This document shows, piece by piece, positions 1 to 8,813 of a stretch of 62,068 nucleotides of DNA (position 1 is the stretch's first letter; each line of letters begins with the position of its first letter). Position numbers and translations under genes: made by a program. The notes beneath the pieces are model-generated. The model had not been told where the DNA came from, made no database searches, and saw nothing but the letters and a program-made list of their open reading frames with translations. The stretch is from a virus (taxonomy: Duplodnaviria; Caudoviricetes): positions 1 to 62,068 of IMG/VR virus record IMGVR_UViG_3300037222_000092, one strand, 5' to 3'.

Positions 1-126
1 CTGCTGACCTTCAAGCAGTGGAAAGATATTGGCAAGCGGATGAAAGGCTATTTCTTGGCTAGACATCGTTTTCCTCCATTGAACGAAAAAAAATAATTAC
101 GGAATCAGCGGATATGCGTGCGCGAT
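1..126. repeat. Terminal direct overlap, copy 1 (circular assembly)
   Basis: Identical to 61942-62067; the next base differs (c at 127, a at 62068). Confidence 0.95.
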
Positions 127-190
127 CCCCAACCGGTCGCGGGCCCCAAAGGTATAGAGTTTCAGACCCCCCACCCCCCTATCCATCCTT
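120..190 (-). other. Putative cos (packaging) region
   Basis: Just downstream of the HNH gene. Minus strand reads GGGGGTGGGGGGTCTGAAACTCT...GACCGGTTGGGGATCGCGCA, the G-rich layout typical of HK97-like cos regions. Confidence 0.55.
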
Positions 191-219
191 TCGATCATCG
201 CCGACCATCAACACACCCA

Positions 220-534
220 TCAACCATACGACCTTGCTCCCTTCTCTGGATGCCTGCGGCCGTGGCAGTCAGCACATAGCGTGCGCAGATTGGATAGGTC
301 GTCCGCGCCTTTGGCTGTACGCTCGATGATGTGATCAGCGATGAGGCTGGTGCCTGCGCCTCGCATGGGTGTCGTGCAGTCAGGCGACGAGCACATGAAG
401 CCATCACGAAGTAGCACTTGATCACGGATCCGGCGCCACGCCTGCGTGCCATAGAAAGGATCGTGACTCTCCGCTCGCTTGCTTGCTGCAGGCTTCCATC
501 CATTAGGTCGGAACGGTGGCGGACGGATAGGCAT
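220..534 (-). CDS. HNH endonuclease, HK97 gp74-like terminase cofactor
   Basis: FYGTQAWRRIRDQVLLRDGFMC...ADHIIE...NLRTLCADCHGRRH motif; position next to cos. Confidence 0.9.
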   Translation of the reverse strand: MPIRPPPFRPNGWKPAASKRAESHDPFYGTQAWRRIRDQVLLRDGFMCSSPDCTTPMRGAGTSLIADHIIERTAKGADDLSNLRTLCADCHGRRHPEKGARSYG

Positions 535-535
535 G

Positions 536-1060
536 TCATGCCACCACTGCTATCTCAGACTCATGCACCTCAACCGGAACCTTGCGACAGAACATGTCTA
601 GCATCACACTCACACGTCCCTTGCCATTCAATCGTTCGATAGGTCCAAGGAAGCCTGAATATGGTCCGTCGATCACCCTCACATCCTGACCCTTGCGATA
701 GGTACTGCGCTGCTTAGGAGGCAGCGCTAACTCATCAACCTTCGCATCGATCACGTTGATTGCCGCCTGTGGGATGCTGGCAGGCCTACCGTTCACTCTC
801 AGAAACTCGCGCACGCCTGAAACGTCGCGCACGAGATCCCATCGTTCGTTGCCGAAGTTAAAGCCGACAAAGATATAGCCAGGGAATAACGGACGCTTGA
901 CCAATCGACGCTTGCTGCGACCAGCCCATATTGATTTCGTGAACGTCGGCAGATTGCAGAGAAAGCCATAGCGCAGGATGCCGACCTTGGCCTTGGTCTC
1001 GCAACTCGGCTCGGTGAGAGCGATGTACCAGCCCACGTTGATGGTCGTGCGGTCAAGCAT
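536..1060 (-). CDS. NusG/RfaH-family transcription antiterminator (late regulator)
   Basis: NGN motifs WYIALT and PLFPGYIFV; KOW motif GQDVRVIDGPYSGFLG; last gene of the early operon. Confidence 0.9.
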   Translation of the reverse strand: MLDRTTINVGWYIALTEPSCETKAKVGILRYGFLCNLPTFTKSIWAGRSKRRLVKRPLFPGYIFVGFNFGNERWDLVRDVSGVREFLRVNGRPASIPQAAINVIDAKVDELALPPKQRSTYRKGQDVRVIDGPYSGFLGPIERLNGKGRVSVMLDMFCRKVPVEVHESEIAVVA

Positions 1061-1096
1061 GAATTCACCTTGTTTTTGCGAATTGATAAAACTATC

Positions 1097-1558
1097 TCAC
1101 CCGGCGCGACGTAGACCTTCTGGTGGTAATCCGAAGGCACGGCGCACCTCTGCTACCTGCGCATTAGCGCGCTCCTGTTCCTCTGGCGTCCGCGGCCTTT
1201 CGATCGGAGGCGGCAATCGATTAGTGACCTGTTCTCGCTCTCGCGCACGATCATCTAGTTCCGAAAATACTTGCGCCATCATATGCAATGTCGGCCGATC
1301 GGACCGTTTAGGAATTTCAAACGCCGCCTTTTGCATGATCTCTGGCGCATGCTCAGAAAACATAGCAATAGTCGCCGCCAAAAACGCTTCAGGATCACCC
1401 ACGTCCTGCGGAGGTAATAAACCGAACAACCGATCCACTGCCATCGCCGCCTGTTTCTGCTGCGCCGTCATCAAGACCGGCTTTGAGCTTGGCGCGTGCT
1501 CGTCTGAAACCGTCTCGAGATTGTTTCCAATCTTCAGCAACGGGAGTTTTTGCAGCAT
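1097..1558 (-). CDS. Hypothetical protein in the replication module (possible helicase-loader-like)
   Basis: ORF with GGAG RBS directly after the initiator gene. Confidence 0.55.
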   Translation of the reverse strand: MLQKLPLLKIGNNLETVSDEHAPSSKPVLMTAQQKQAAMAVDRLFGLLPPQDVGDPEAFLAATIAMFSEHAPEIMQKAAFEIPKRSDRPTLHMMAQVFSELDDRAREREQVTNRLPPPIERPRTPEEQERANAQVAEVRRAFGLPPEGLRRAG

Positions 1559-2309
1559 TGAGAGGCTCCATATTTTGTGATGCGATCACTGGCGGAATCG
1601 GAAGATGCGGCTCGGCTGCGAGTTCATGCTCGCGCTGAATAGGCTGTGCTAAATACTTGAAGGAGTAAGGAACCTTAAAATTCCTGCGCGCGCGCACTTT
1701 GGCGGCGGCGATACGAACCAGTTCTGGGCGCCATCCAGAGTTTAAACCAGCCTGCAGCCACATCGGTGCGCCGAACCAACCTGGCGGGATGAAAGCTATT
1801 TCGATACCGAAGGTCAGCATAATTTCGTCGGCTAGTTTGAAAGCTTTCTCGGAAATATAATTTTCCTCGCGCGCGCGCGCGCCCGACTCAGCACCAACAA
1901 CTGATTCTGAATCTGTAGTTAGATTCTTTCCTATTTGAGTCGGAGGTGACCCAGTTGCTGACTCGGTTTGCTCTGCCACGCTCTGGAATTTGTCGTAATT
2001 ACAAATGGTTACTCGGGTAACGCCTGACTCGGTTACTGACTCGATCATCGACTCGGTTACTAGGCGCGAAAGAAAACGCTGGACCCTCGCGAGGGACCAT
2101 TGCCAGCGTTTGGCAAGAAAACGATGCGAATAGGCGAACTGACCTCGTGATAATTCCACAGCAAAATTTCCGACGCGCCGGTTCCGCGATCTTTTAACCG
2201 CAGTCCCAATCATCCACATCCACGCTTCGCGCGCGGTAAATGGCTCGTCCGGAAACACTGGATGTTCGAACACACCTTTATCGATGATGAAGGTTCCGAA
2301 GTCGCTCAT
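1395..2309 (-). CDS. Phage replication initiator (replisome organiser-like)
   Basis: N-terminal EAWMWMI...RGQF..S.RFLAKRWQWS...VTICNYDKFQ wHTH; ARARE linker; internal iteron-like repeats. Confidence 0.8.
   Translation of the reverse strand: MSDFGTFIIDKGVFEHPVFPDEPFTAREAWMWMIGTAVKRSRNRRVGNFAVELSRGQFAYSHRFLAKRWQWSLARVQRFLSRLVTESMIESVTESGVTRVTICNYDKFQSVAEQTESATGSPPTQIGKNLTTDSESVVGAESGARAREENYISEKAFKLADEIMLTFGIEIAFIPPGWFGAPMWLQAGLNSGWRPELVRIAAAKVRARRNFKVPYSFKYLAQPIQREHELAAEPHLPIPPVIASQNMEPLNAAKTPVAEDWKQSRDGFRRARAKLKAGLDDGAAETGGDGSGSVVRFITSAGRG
1885..2061. repeat. Iteron-like GACTCGG repeats / GANTC cluster, putative replication origin
   Basis: GACTCGGTTACT at 2026 and 2050, GACTCGATCATC at 2038, GACTCGGTTTG at 1960; nine GANTC sites in 1885-2054, all inside the initiator gene. 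Confidence 0.55.
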
Positions 2310-2857
2310 GGGGCGATTTCCTCTTCGGCACCAGGCTCGTAAATTTTACCGGTCTTAGATGGTGGCCACAGCCACGGTAATTGGGCGCCGTAAAGATCAC
2401 CGCGCGTCTCGGTGATCTGCCGCCTTGACACGCTCGGCAATGATTCCTCGAAAAACTCAGACCATGCTGTAAGTTGTCTCCGATCGCTGATGAAAGGCCA
2501 TTCCTTGCGTGGCGGCAATTCCGCAAACGCACGCACTGCGGTAGTCTCCGCTTCAGGCGGAAGATAAATTTGTCCGCTGCCGTAATGCTGCGGACGAACG
2601 GCCCCGGCTATTTCACGCAAGTTGCAATAGGCGATGGCGCGCGAATCATTGGATGCTATTAATCCGCCAACAGTTTTTACAGGCGCCGCGGGCGACTGCT
2701 CGTCTCCGACATCGCGCACTTCGCGGACAAGAGATTTTACAATCTCGCGGACAAGCGTTTTGCGGGCTCTCTCTTGTGTCTGCAGGTTGAAAAACTTCGG
2801 ATGCTCGGCAATTACCGAGGCAACAGCGCAGTCAATGACATCCCCGAGAGCGCTCAT
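2306..2857 (-). CDS. Hypothetical protein
   Basis: ATGA-coupled to both neighbours; start reassigned to ATG 2857. Confidence 0.65.
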   Translation of the reverse strand: MSALGDVIDCAVASVIAEHPKFFNLQTQERARKTLVREIVKSLVREVRDVGDEQSPAAPVKTVGGLIASNDSRAIAYCNLREIAGAVRPQHYGSGQIYLPPEAETTAVRAFAELPPRKEWPFISDRRQLTAWSEFFEESLPSVSRRQITETRGDLYGAQLPWLWPPSKTGKIYEPGAEEEIAP

Positions 2858-3072
2858 GCTGCAATGCACTCCGGCGTCCGATCGCAGATCACCCGTTCGC
2901 CATCGCGGAAGAATTCCAACCAAGGATATTCGCTCGGCTCATGGCGGGTGACTTTTGTGATTCCGCAAATCGAGCAGGTTGTTTCGGTCTTGTATTGGAA
3001 TCGAGTGGGATCACCCCACTTGTGACGGCCGGGTTTTCCGATTGGATTGATGATGGTGGCGGTGTCGGTCAT
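2854..3072 (-). CDS. Small hypothetical protein with CxxC
   Basis: ATGA overlaps at both ends. Confidence 0.65.
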   Translation of the reverse strand: MTDTATIINPIGKPGRHKWGDPTRFQYKTETTCSICGITKVTRHEPSEYPWLEFFRDGERVICDRTPECIAA

Positions 3073-4451
3073 GCAAACAATGGCCCATGGTCGACCGGTT
3101 TATCTTTATGTCTTGCTTTGATGCTTTCGCGTCCGCGTTCATCTGGGCCAGAGAGGCACAACGCCATGCGGCGGCGAATGTCGGATTGATATTCTTCCTC
3201 GCGCTCGATCAGCACAGCGTTAAAGCCTTCGCGCCATGCGGCTTCGCCCGTGGTGCCCGTGCCAGCAAAACAATCGAGAACGATTCCCTTCGGAGGTGTC
3301 ACCAGCCGCACAAGGTATTGCATTAGGTCGAGGGGTTTTACGGTCGGGTGCTTTGAACCCAATCTGTCGTCCGCGTCAGCCTTGCTCGTGTAAAAGAATC
3401 GAGCGGCGGAACCGGAATCACCAAATCCGCAGGGAACGCCGCGTCGGCTTTCGTCAGCCCCGACAAACTGAACGGTTGGGTTGCCCGTACTTGTAGAATT
3501 TCCGCCTGCGCTCTTCCCAGTTTCGGCAGGAAACGCCCCTACCACTTCCTCACTTCCATCATGGATGACGTTGGCGGGCCAGCGGCCGAGTCCAGGAATT
3601 GGTTTTGCGAACGTGCCGTTAAGTCCATCCCCATATATAAATGCGCCTGCGCCTGCGCCTGCGCCTGCGCATCCGCCATCCACGCCGACGCGGCACCCAT
3701 CTATATTCAGCGCACCCGTTCCCCATTTAAGGACGTTGGCTGCTACTGTTGATTCAGACAGAGGCTTACGGGCGAGGACGATAGGTTCACATGCTGGTTT
3801 TAGAGCGGTGCCCCAGCCTTGCCATTGGCGGGCTGCATCGGTTGCGGGAGCGGTTTCGCTTGCTTGTAATTCAACCTTTTCCCTGTCGTGTTTCCACGGC
3901 CGATCCCATCCTTCGTGTTCGCCCTGAAAATTATTCGGACGCCGGTTGATCATTGGTTTTCCATCTGGTGATCGCTTCGGCCCTATAACCTCCCGCTCTG
4001 CTCCCGCAGATCTATCAATCCCCTTGCTCACATCATGAGATTTCGGAAATCCAGATCCATAGAGCCATTGGATTTGATCGCGGATTTCAAATCCCGCATC
4101 TTCGATTGCACACGCCATACGGTGATACGTGCGAGTGCCGCCAAACGCGATTAGATGAGCGCCTGGCTTGAGAACACGATAGACCGCAGCCCAAGTCTCA
4201 GGACGGAATGCTATGTCGCCACCATCCCATTGTTTGCCCATGAAGCCGGATGATGCGCGGGCATAGGCACCCGTCTTGCCAACTTTGCAGGGCGCAGCGT
4301 TGTCAGCACCAAATCGTTTAACGATGCTGGTTAGGTGATAGGGCGGATCACAGACGCCGGAGTCGACCGAGTTTTCCTCAAGGCAAGGCAATACGTCCAT
4401 GCAATCACCTGCATGGAGCATCACCCTTCCGTTGAGAAAGGATTCGGACAT
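3069..4451 (-). CDS. Site-specific DNA methyltransferase (N6A/N4C family)
   Basis: DPPY motif IV, HPTVKP, and motif I VLDCFAGTGTT. Confidence 0.93.
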   Translation of the reverse strand: MSESFLNGRVMLHAGDCMDVLPCLEENSVDSGVCDPPYHLTSIVKRFGADNAAPCKVGKTGAYARASSGFMGKQWDGGDIAFRPETWAAVYRVLKPGAHLIAFGGTRTYHRMACAIEDAGFEIRDQIQWLYGSGFPKSHDVSKGIDRSAGAEREVIGPKRSPDGKPMINRRPNNFQGEHEGWDRPWKHDREKVELQASETAPATDAARQWQGWGTALKPACEPIVLARKPLSESTVAANVLKWGTGALNIDGCRVGVDGGCAGAGAGAGAFIYGDGLNGTFAKPIPGLGRWPANVIHDGSEEVVGAFPAETGKSAGGNSTSTGNPTVQFVGADESRRGVPCGFGDSGSAARFFYTSKADADDRLGSKHPTVKPLDLMQYLVRLVTPPKGIVLDCFAGTGTTGEAAWREGFNAVLIEREEEYQSDIRRRMALCLSGPDERGRESIKARHKDKPVDHGPLFA

Positions 4452-4834
4452 TACGAGGTTGCCCTCGCAATTGCCGCATCGCCCAACGGAGTGCCGACCA
4501 GCATCCCGAGCGCCGCCATATAAGTTTCAACGATGGCTTCTTGCTCTGCCCGCTCATCCGCATCTTGCCTGCGCAGGCGAATGATGGTGCGGATGGCTTT
4601 AACGTCGTAACCGTTGCCTTTTATCTCGGCGTAAAGTTCCTTTATGTCTGTCGATGTGACTTGCTTATCGTCTTCCAATCTCTCGATGCGCTCGACATAG
4701 GCTTTGAGTTGATCCTTAGCGAAGCGGGTTGACGCGCCAGCGCGCGAGTTGTGACCTATCGTATCGGCGGCGCGCTGCAGGTCTTCGGTCGTCGTTTTGA
4801 CCGTTTGACCGCCGCCCGAAACTGTCATGTCCAT
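4451..4834 (-). CDS. gapR: GapR-like nucleoid-associated protein (DUF2312)
   Basis: QLKAYVERIERLEDDK...DIKELYAEIKGNGYDVKAIRTIIRLR...YMAALGM; start ATG 4834 overlaps the upstream stop. Confidence 0.9.
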   Translation of the reverse strand: MDMTVSGGGQTVKTTTEDLQRAADTIGHNSRAGASTRFAKDQLKAYVERIERLEDDKQVTSTDIKELYAEIKGNGYDVKAIRTIIRLRRQDADERAEQEAIVETYMAALGMLVGTPLGDAAIARATS

Positions 4835-5139
4835 TAGATTAACCCCTTGTTTTTGGCCAACCATTCCGGAATGTTTATGGTGACAACCGGCAACACCACG
4901 CGCTGACCGTCTTTCTTGACTGACGGGACTTTCTTGCCGCTCGCATTCATTTGGATCTGCGATTTCCGCAGCCACACCGCGCGGGCTTCCTCTCCGGTAT
5001 CGGAAACCTGCACGGCTTTTCCGGTGTCGTAATGCAGCACCATTTCCAATTCGACTTTGTCGTGTTGCGCGGGCAGTTCGCCGTTGCGTGACGTGTCCGC
5101 ATCGTCACCGCCCATAAGATCGAAGAGATCGCGGCTCAT
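4834..5139 (-). CDS. Hypothetical phage protein
   Basis: Coupled ORF; T.KAV.VS...VWL.KSQI...IPEWLA..KGLI is a motif common in small phage proteins. Confidence 0.7.
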   Translation of the reverse strand: MSRDLFDLMGGDDADTSRNGELPAQHDKVELEMVLHYDTGKAVQVSDTGEEARAVWLRKSQIQMNASGKKVPSVKKDGQRVVLPVVTINIPEWLAKNKGLI

Positions 5140-5351
5140 GCGACCTTCTCCTTTATGAGTGCCGCAAGTTCCTTCGCGTGAAATCCCTGGCGAGGCCGCA
5201 TGATGTTAGGCAACTCACCCTCATCCTTCGCCGCAGTCCAGATGGCCTGAATGTGCCGCGGGCGCATGCGCAGAACCAACGCAAGATCGGCCGTCGTTTG
5301 CGGCCAGAAGAATGCGGCGATGATGGTGGAGTTTGAGACCTGTTTTGTCAT
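5136..5351 (-). CDS. Small hypothetical protein (HTH-like)
   Basis: Coupled ORF; start reassigned to ATG 5351. Confidence 0.5.
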   Translation of the reverse strand: MTKQVSNSTIIAAFFWPQTTADLALVLRMRPRHIQAIWTAAKDEGELPNIMRPRQGFHAKELAALIKEKVA

Positions 5352-5566
5352 CACATCCCCAGCGGTTCTTTGTCGCGATAGTTGGTGAACCGATCCGGAT
5401 ATCTCGCTGGCGTATTTATCCAAGCGCCATCGCCGATGACCTCGGGATGTTCGCTGATCGGGCCAAGCGTGAGAACGTAGCGTTTTTGCCGCGCATGGTG
5501 CGAATAGGAGACGACGGCGATCACCAGCGCGATCACAAAAACGACGATGGCAAATCTTAAAATCAT
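5351..5566 (-). CDS. Small membrane protein
   Basis: N-terminal hydrophobic helix; coupled ORF. Confidence 0.6.
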   Translation of the reverse strand: MILRFAIVVFVIALVIAVVSYSHHARQKRYVLTLGPISEHPEVIGDGAWINTPARYPDRFTNYRDKEPLGM

Positions 5567-6204
5567 TCCGCCGCCTCCATTTTCGACTTATCGAAGCAAG
5601 GCAGATACCGACGGCAGCGATCAAGAAACATCGCCTTTGCTTGCGTCCAATGTTGCGGAACAATGACATCCGGTAACGGGTGGGTATTGCGATACTGATC
5701 CCAATTCGGATGCGGCGTGTTGCGCATCAAATCGCGCCATTCTGTCACGAACATGATTTCGTCGTAGGCTTTGACCGCCGTGCGGATTGAAGACGGGGCC
5801 GGCCACGCGAGCCCTGCCGCTTCATGAATTGCCGCATCAAAGCGATCAGTGAGCAGCGCGAAGGTGCCGAGAATTTCTTCTGCCAATACGCCGAATTCAG
5901 CCTGTGCGATTTCCGCGATGGCTTTTTTCTTCGGAGTGGTGTCATCCTTCAGTGCAAATTCAGGGCAGTCATGCATCAGAAAATAACCAGCAAGCTCACG
6001 GCTTCCGGTGTCGGTAAATGCCGCATCAGATCCAACGACAGAATGCTGGCCGACCGAATAAGCAAAGCCTCGCGTGGCACCATTATATCTGTTCTCCTTC
6101 GCCAGATGCTCGGCCACCACATCGAAGTCGATATCCTCTGCTCTTGGCGCGGTGAGATCGATGCCCTTGCCATTGGAAAGAGTTAGGATGGTTGCGGCGG
6201 TCAT
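5563..6204 (-). CDS. HD-domain phosphohydrolase (YfbR-like 5'-deoxynucleotidase family)
   Basis: HLAKENRYNG...YSVGQHSV...LMHDCPE...VKAYDE. Confidence 0.8.
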   Translation of the reverse strand: MTAATILTLSNGKGIDLTAPRAEDIDFDVVAEHLAKENRYNGATRGFAYSVGQHSVVGSDAAFTDTGSRELAGYFLMHDCPEFALKDDTTPKKKAIAEIAQAEFGVLAEEILGTFALLTDRFDAAIHEAAGLAWPAPSSIRTAVKAYDEIMFVTEWRDLMRNTPHPNWDQYRNTHPLPDVIVPQHWTQAKAMFLDRCRRYLPCFDKSKMEAAE

Positions 6205-6704
6205 TCTGCGGCCTGCATATATTTCGGCCGCGAAACCAATGGGATATATGCCATGGCACAATGTCGAGGGCAGTAGACCTCAAAATATGAATCCGCTGTT
6301 TGTTCTCCGCAAAACTTCAGAGCATCAAGATCTCGCGGATCACCCAGCGGCCAGTGGCAAATCTTGTCGCTGAGTTGCTTATGTGAAACCGCGACGGCGG
6401 ATTGATCGGGTGGTAGATCGACGATCTCCACAGCGGCAAACTGTTCGCGTATGTCGGCGGCTGCAGCCTCGCGTTTTAGGCGACCAGCGTTTGATCTGTC
6501 CATCCGCGCGGCGCGCGATTTGATTCGCTGGGCTCTGCCTTTTCCCCATTGCTCATTGTGTGGGGTACACAATCCAAGGCGGAATAGTTTGCCCGATACG
6601 GCCCCTTTCGTCATGCCGGTAGCTTCCACGATTTTCGGAACGACCTCGCCGTCGCCGTGCATCTTTTTGAGTGTCGCAACACGCTCGTCTGTCCATCCGC
6701 TCAT
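6201..6704 (-). CDS. gcrA: GcrA-family cell cycle regulator
   Basis: WTDERVATLKK...AVSGKLFRLGL N-terminus; CHWPLGDP...FCG...YC..H..MAY C-terminus. Confidence 0.92.
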   Translation of the reverse strand: MSGWTDERVATLKKMHGDGEVVPKIVEATGMTKGAVSGKLFRLGLCTPHNEQWGKGRAQRIKSRAARMDRSNAGRLKREAAAADIREQFAAVEIVDLPPDQSAVAVSHKQLSDKICHWPLGDPRDLDALKFCGEQTADSYFEVYCPRHCAMAYIPLVSRPKYMQAAE

Positions 6705-6706
6705 GA

Positions 6707-7000
6707 TTACAACCTGGTCTTATGGGGTTTAGATTTTGCTGGTGGTCGTGCATTGGCAGGCCGCTTCGGCGCCTTCGGCTTGCGCGCGGCGCTGCCATGG
6801 ACATCAATATCGGCACGTAATGGGGGCTTTGCACCAATGTAGAAAGGCGGATGCTTTAAAGGATCAAACGCCGGGGTTGGCCATTTTTCCCCTTCGTCGG
6901 CACGGTTGAGACTATCCCAGACCGGCCTAGGTGCAGGCGTCTCGCGATCGAGACAGGAATCATTGCTCGCACCGATTAACCATCGCCATAATTTGCGCAT
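6707..7000 (-). CDS. Hypothetical protein
   Basis: ORF in operon context. Confidence 0.45.
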   Translation of the reverse strand: MRKLWRWLIGASNDSCLDRETPAPRPVWDSLNRADEGEKWPTPAFDPLKHPPFYIGAKPPLRADIDVHGSAARKPKAPKRPANARPPAKSKPHKTRL

Positions 7001-7113
7001 GCGGTTTCACCTGTGACGGCAGCGAAGTCGGGCATCGGCCCCACTGCCGTCTTGGAGGATCAGAGTTTTGGTGAACGCAACGCTTACAAAGCTACAAACA
7101 AAAACCGAAACGA

Positions 7114-7692
7114 TTACTCAGCAGAAGCCACCCGACTACCGTTCGGATTGACGATGACGTATCCGGAGATCGAGCGAACGTGTTCTCTGGTTAACCCGCG
7201 ACCGGAATTCCCGTCATGCACCAGCCAATTTGATCCGCCGATATAGCTGAGCAAGATCATGACGTGGTGATTGCGCGCTGCTGCCATTCTTGGCGCCGGC
7301 GCCGTCCGCGGAAACTTCCTGATCCAGTTGTAGGCAAGATTGAGATCGGGAATTATGCGTCCGAATATGAAGAGCGAGGCAGAACAACCACAATAAGCAT
7401 GCGGACATCCAGATGGCCGCCCGCCGATTACCGAGCCGCCATCGCCCTCGAACCGCGCGTAATGGCCGCGCACGCGTGAGCGAGGCATAATGTGGCGGCG
7501 AATGTGATGATGAGAGTAATAATGATGATGGCGATATCCGCGCGCTTCCGCTGGCGCTGCAGCGTAAATCATACCGAGCCAAATAAAGACTGTCGCCAGT
7601 GCGGCAATCGCAATCTGCTTAAACCATTGCCGTCGCAGATAGCGAGTGGTTGCGGCGGACTGAAATAGTCTCGATGTAGGCGTCATAGTCAT
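7114..7692 (-). CDS. Exported His-rich protein with CHAP/NlpC-P60-like C-terminal domain
   Basis: Hydrophobic signal ending AEA; His-rich linker; YCGC...AYNW...HHV...DGNSG Cys-His pattern; RBS upstream of 7692. Confidence 0.6.
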   Translation of the reverse strand: MTMTPTSRLFQSAATTRYLRRQWFKQIAIAALATVFIWLGMIYAAAPAEARGYRHHHYYSHHHIRRHIMPRSRVRGHYARFEGDGGSVIGGRPSGCPHAYCGCSASLFIFGRIIPDLNLAYNWIRKFPRTAPAPRMAAARNHHVMILLSYIGGSNWLVHDGNSGRGLTREHVRSISGYVIVNPNGSRVASAE

Positions 7693-7739
7693 CGGAGATG
7701 TTCCTTTCGTCTCAGGTGAAGGTGGCGTCGAAAGCACAG

Positions 7740-7979
7740 TTACAAATCGAGACTGCTGTAGAATTCTTCGGCCGACTTATGCTCGATCGCTGCAAGGCCC
7801 CATACGATCAGAGCCTCAGCCATGCCCTCGACTGAGGATTCAGCCCTTGCTGCTGCAGCGCAAAGCCTGTTCATGATCGCGCGCTGGAGGTGGATTTCCA
7901 TTGTGACCGGAACGTCGCTAACCGGCTTCGGCGCGTTCATCGCGCGGATCAACGGAAGGGTGATGATCTGGGCGGTCAT
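7740..7979 (-). CDS. Hypothetical protein (RHH-like)
   Basis: Coupled ORF. Confidence 0.55.
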   Translation of the reverse strand: MTAQIITLPLIRAMNAPKPVSDVPVTMEIHLQRAIMNRLCAAAARAESSVEGMAEALIVWGLAAIEHKSAEEFYSSLDL

Positions 7980-8233
7980 GCCGCCCTCTGAATAGGTGGC
8001 GGGGTGGACTCGCTTCGGTCCTGCACCCCGCCGGCGTCTGTTGAACAGCCGACGCCTAAGCCAATGCCATTGCGGTCGCGGGCGTATGCTAAATAGGCGG
8101 CAGATTTTGCTACCGCTTCCGGGCGCGACGTTGAGGCATCGGATTTGAATTGATGTGACGGATCCCGCTCAAACGGGCAGCCGTAATAAGCGCAGTAGTC
8201 TTGATGCAGACAGGGAGGGGTGCAGAGGGTCAT
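7976..8233 (-). CDS. Hypothetical Cys-rich small protein
   Basis: ATGA-coupled ORF. Confidence 0.5.
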   Translation of the reverse strand: MTLCTPPCLHQDYCAYYGCPFERDPSHQFKSDASTSRPEAVAKSAAYLAYARDRNGIGLGVGCSTDAGGVQDRSESTPPPIQRAA

Positions 8234-8595
8234 TTCGAACCCTCCGTTGGCTTCTTTTCGGCATCAATTGCCCCGATTTCCGAACGCTCGAAACGGAGAA
8301 GCTTGCCGTTGTCATAAATTCCAGCGATTGGTCCCCATCCCTTCCGCGGGCCATCATCAATCGTTCCGCAAAAACCATTCAAAACGCCCAACATCCCGAT
8401 ACGGAAGGTGTTCGGCGCAATGAAAGTGTAACCAGAGCGCTCGCCACCGGCCGCAACTTGAACACTCGGATGATCAGCAAGCGTTTTATTGCAGGGCACG
8501 CGGATGCAAAGCAATTCTGCCAAGGCGTAGGGATCAATTTCGACGAGTGAATTGAGGAAGGTAATCAGATCGTCAGTATCCTCGCGGATGCTCAT
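8230..8595 (-). CDS. Hypothetical phage protein
   Basis: ATGA-coupled ORF. Confidence 0.7.
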   Translation of the reverse strand: MSIREDTDDLITFLNSLVEIDPYALAELLCIRVPCNKTLADHPSVQVAAGGERSGYTFIAPNTFRIGMLGVLNGFCGTIDDGPRKGWGPIAGIYDNGKLLRFERSEIGAIDAEKKPTEGSK

Positions 8596-8813
8596 GCCGC
8601 GCTCCTATGAGTTGCGGGTATAGAGAAACATCGACAGATTTCGTGAATTTGAAATTGCCGATATGCGACGAATTCAGCATCCGATGCCGTCATCGCGAAT
8701 GGATAAAACTGCGCCCCTCCTTCACCGACGAAAAGATCACTCCCAATGGCGGTAGGCAATGCAGCAACTAATGGCGTCGCAGTGAGTCCCTTGATAAACT
8801 TTCGCCGGTTCAT
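8592..8813 (-). CDS. Small protein: twin-arginine-like N-terminus fused to an HK97 portal-like segment
   Basis: MNRRKFIKGL; EGGAQFYPFAMTASDAEFVAYRQFQIHEICRCFSIP resembles the portal's EGAWKL...EDAQLLQTRGFHVEQMCRWFMVP. Confidence 0.65.
   Translation of the reverse strand: MNRRKFIKGLTATPLVAALPTAIGSDLFVGEGGAQFYPFAMTASDAEFVAYRQFQIHEICRCFSIPATHRSAA

Noticed and set aside
3643-3670. GCGCCT tandem repeat as a phase-variation tract
   Set aside because: The hexamer unit is in frame (Gly-Ala linker), so slippage would not switch the gene off.
5563-6204. DatZ-type dATPase of a Z-genome pathway
   Set aside because: No purZ or phage DNA polymerase in the genome; a generic HD hydrolase is sufficient.
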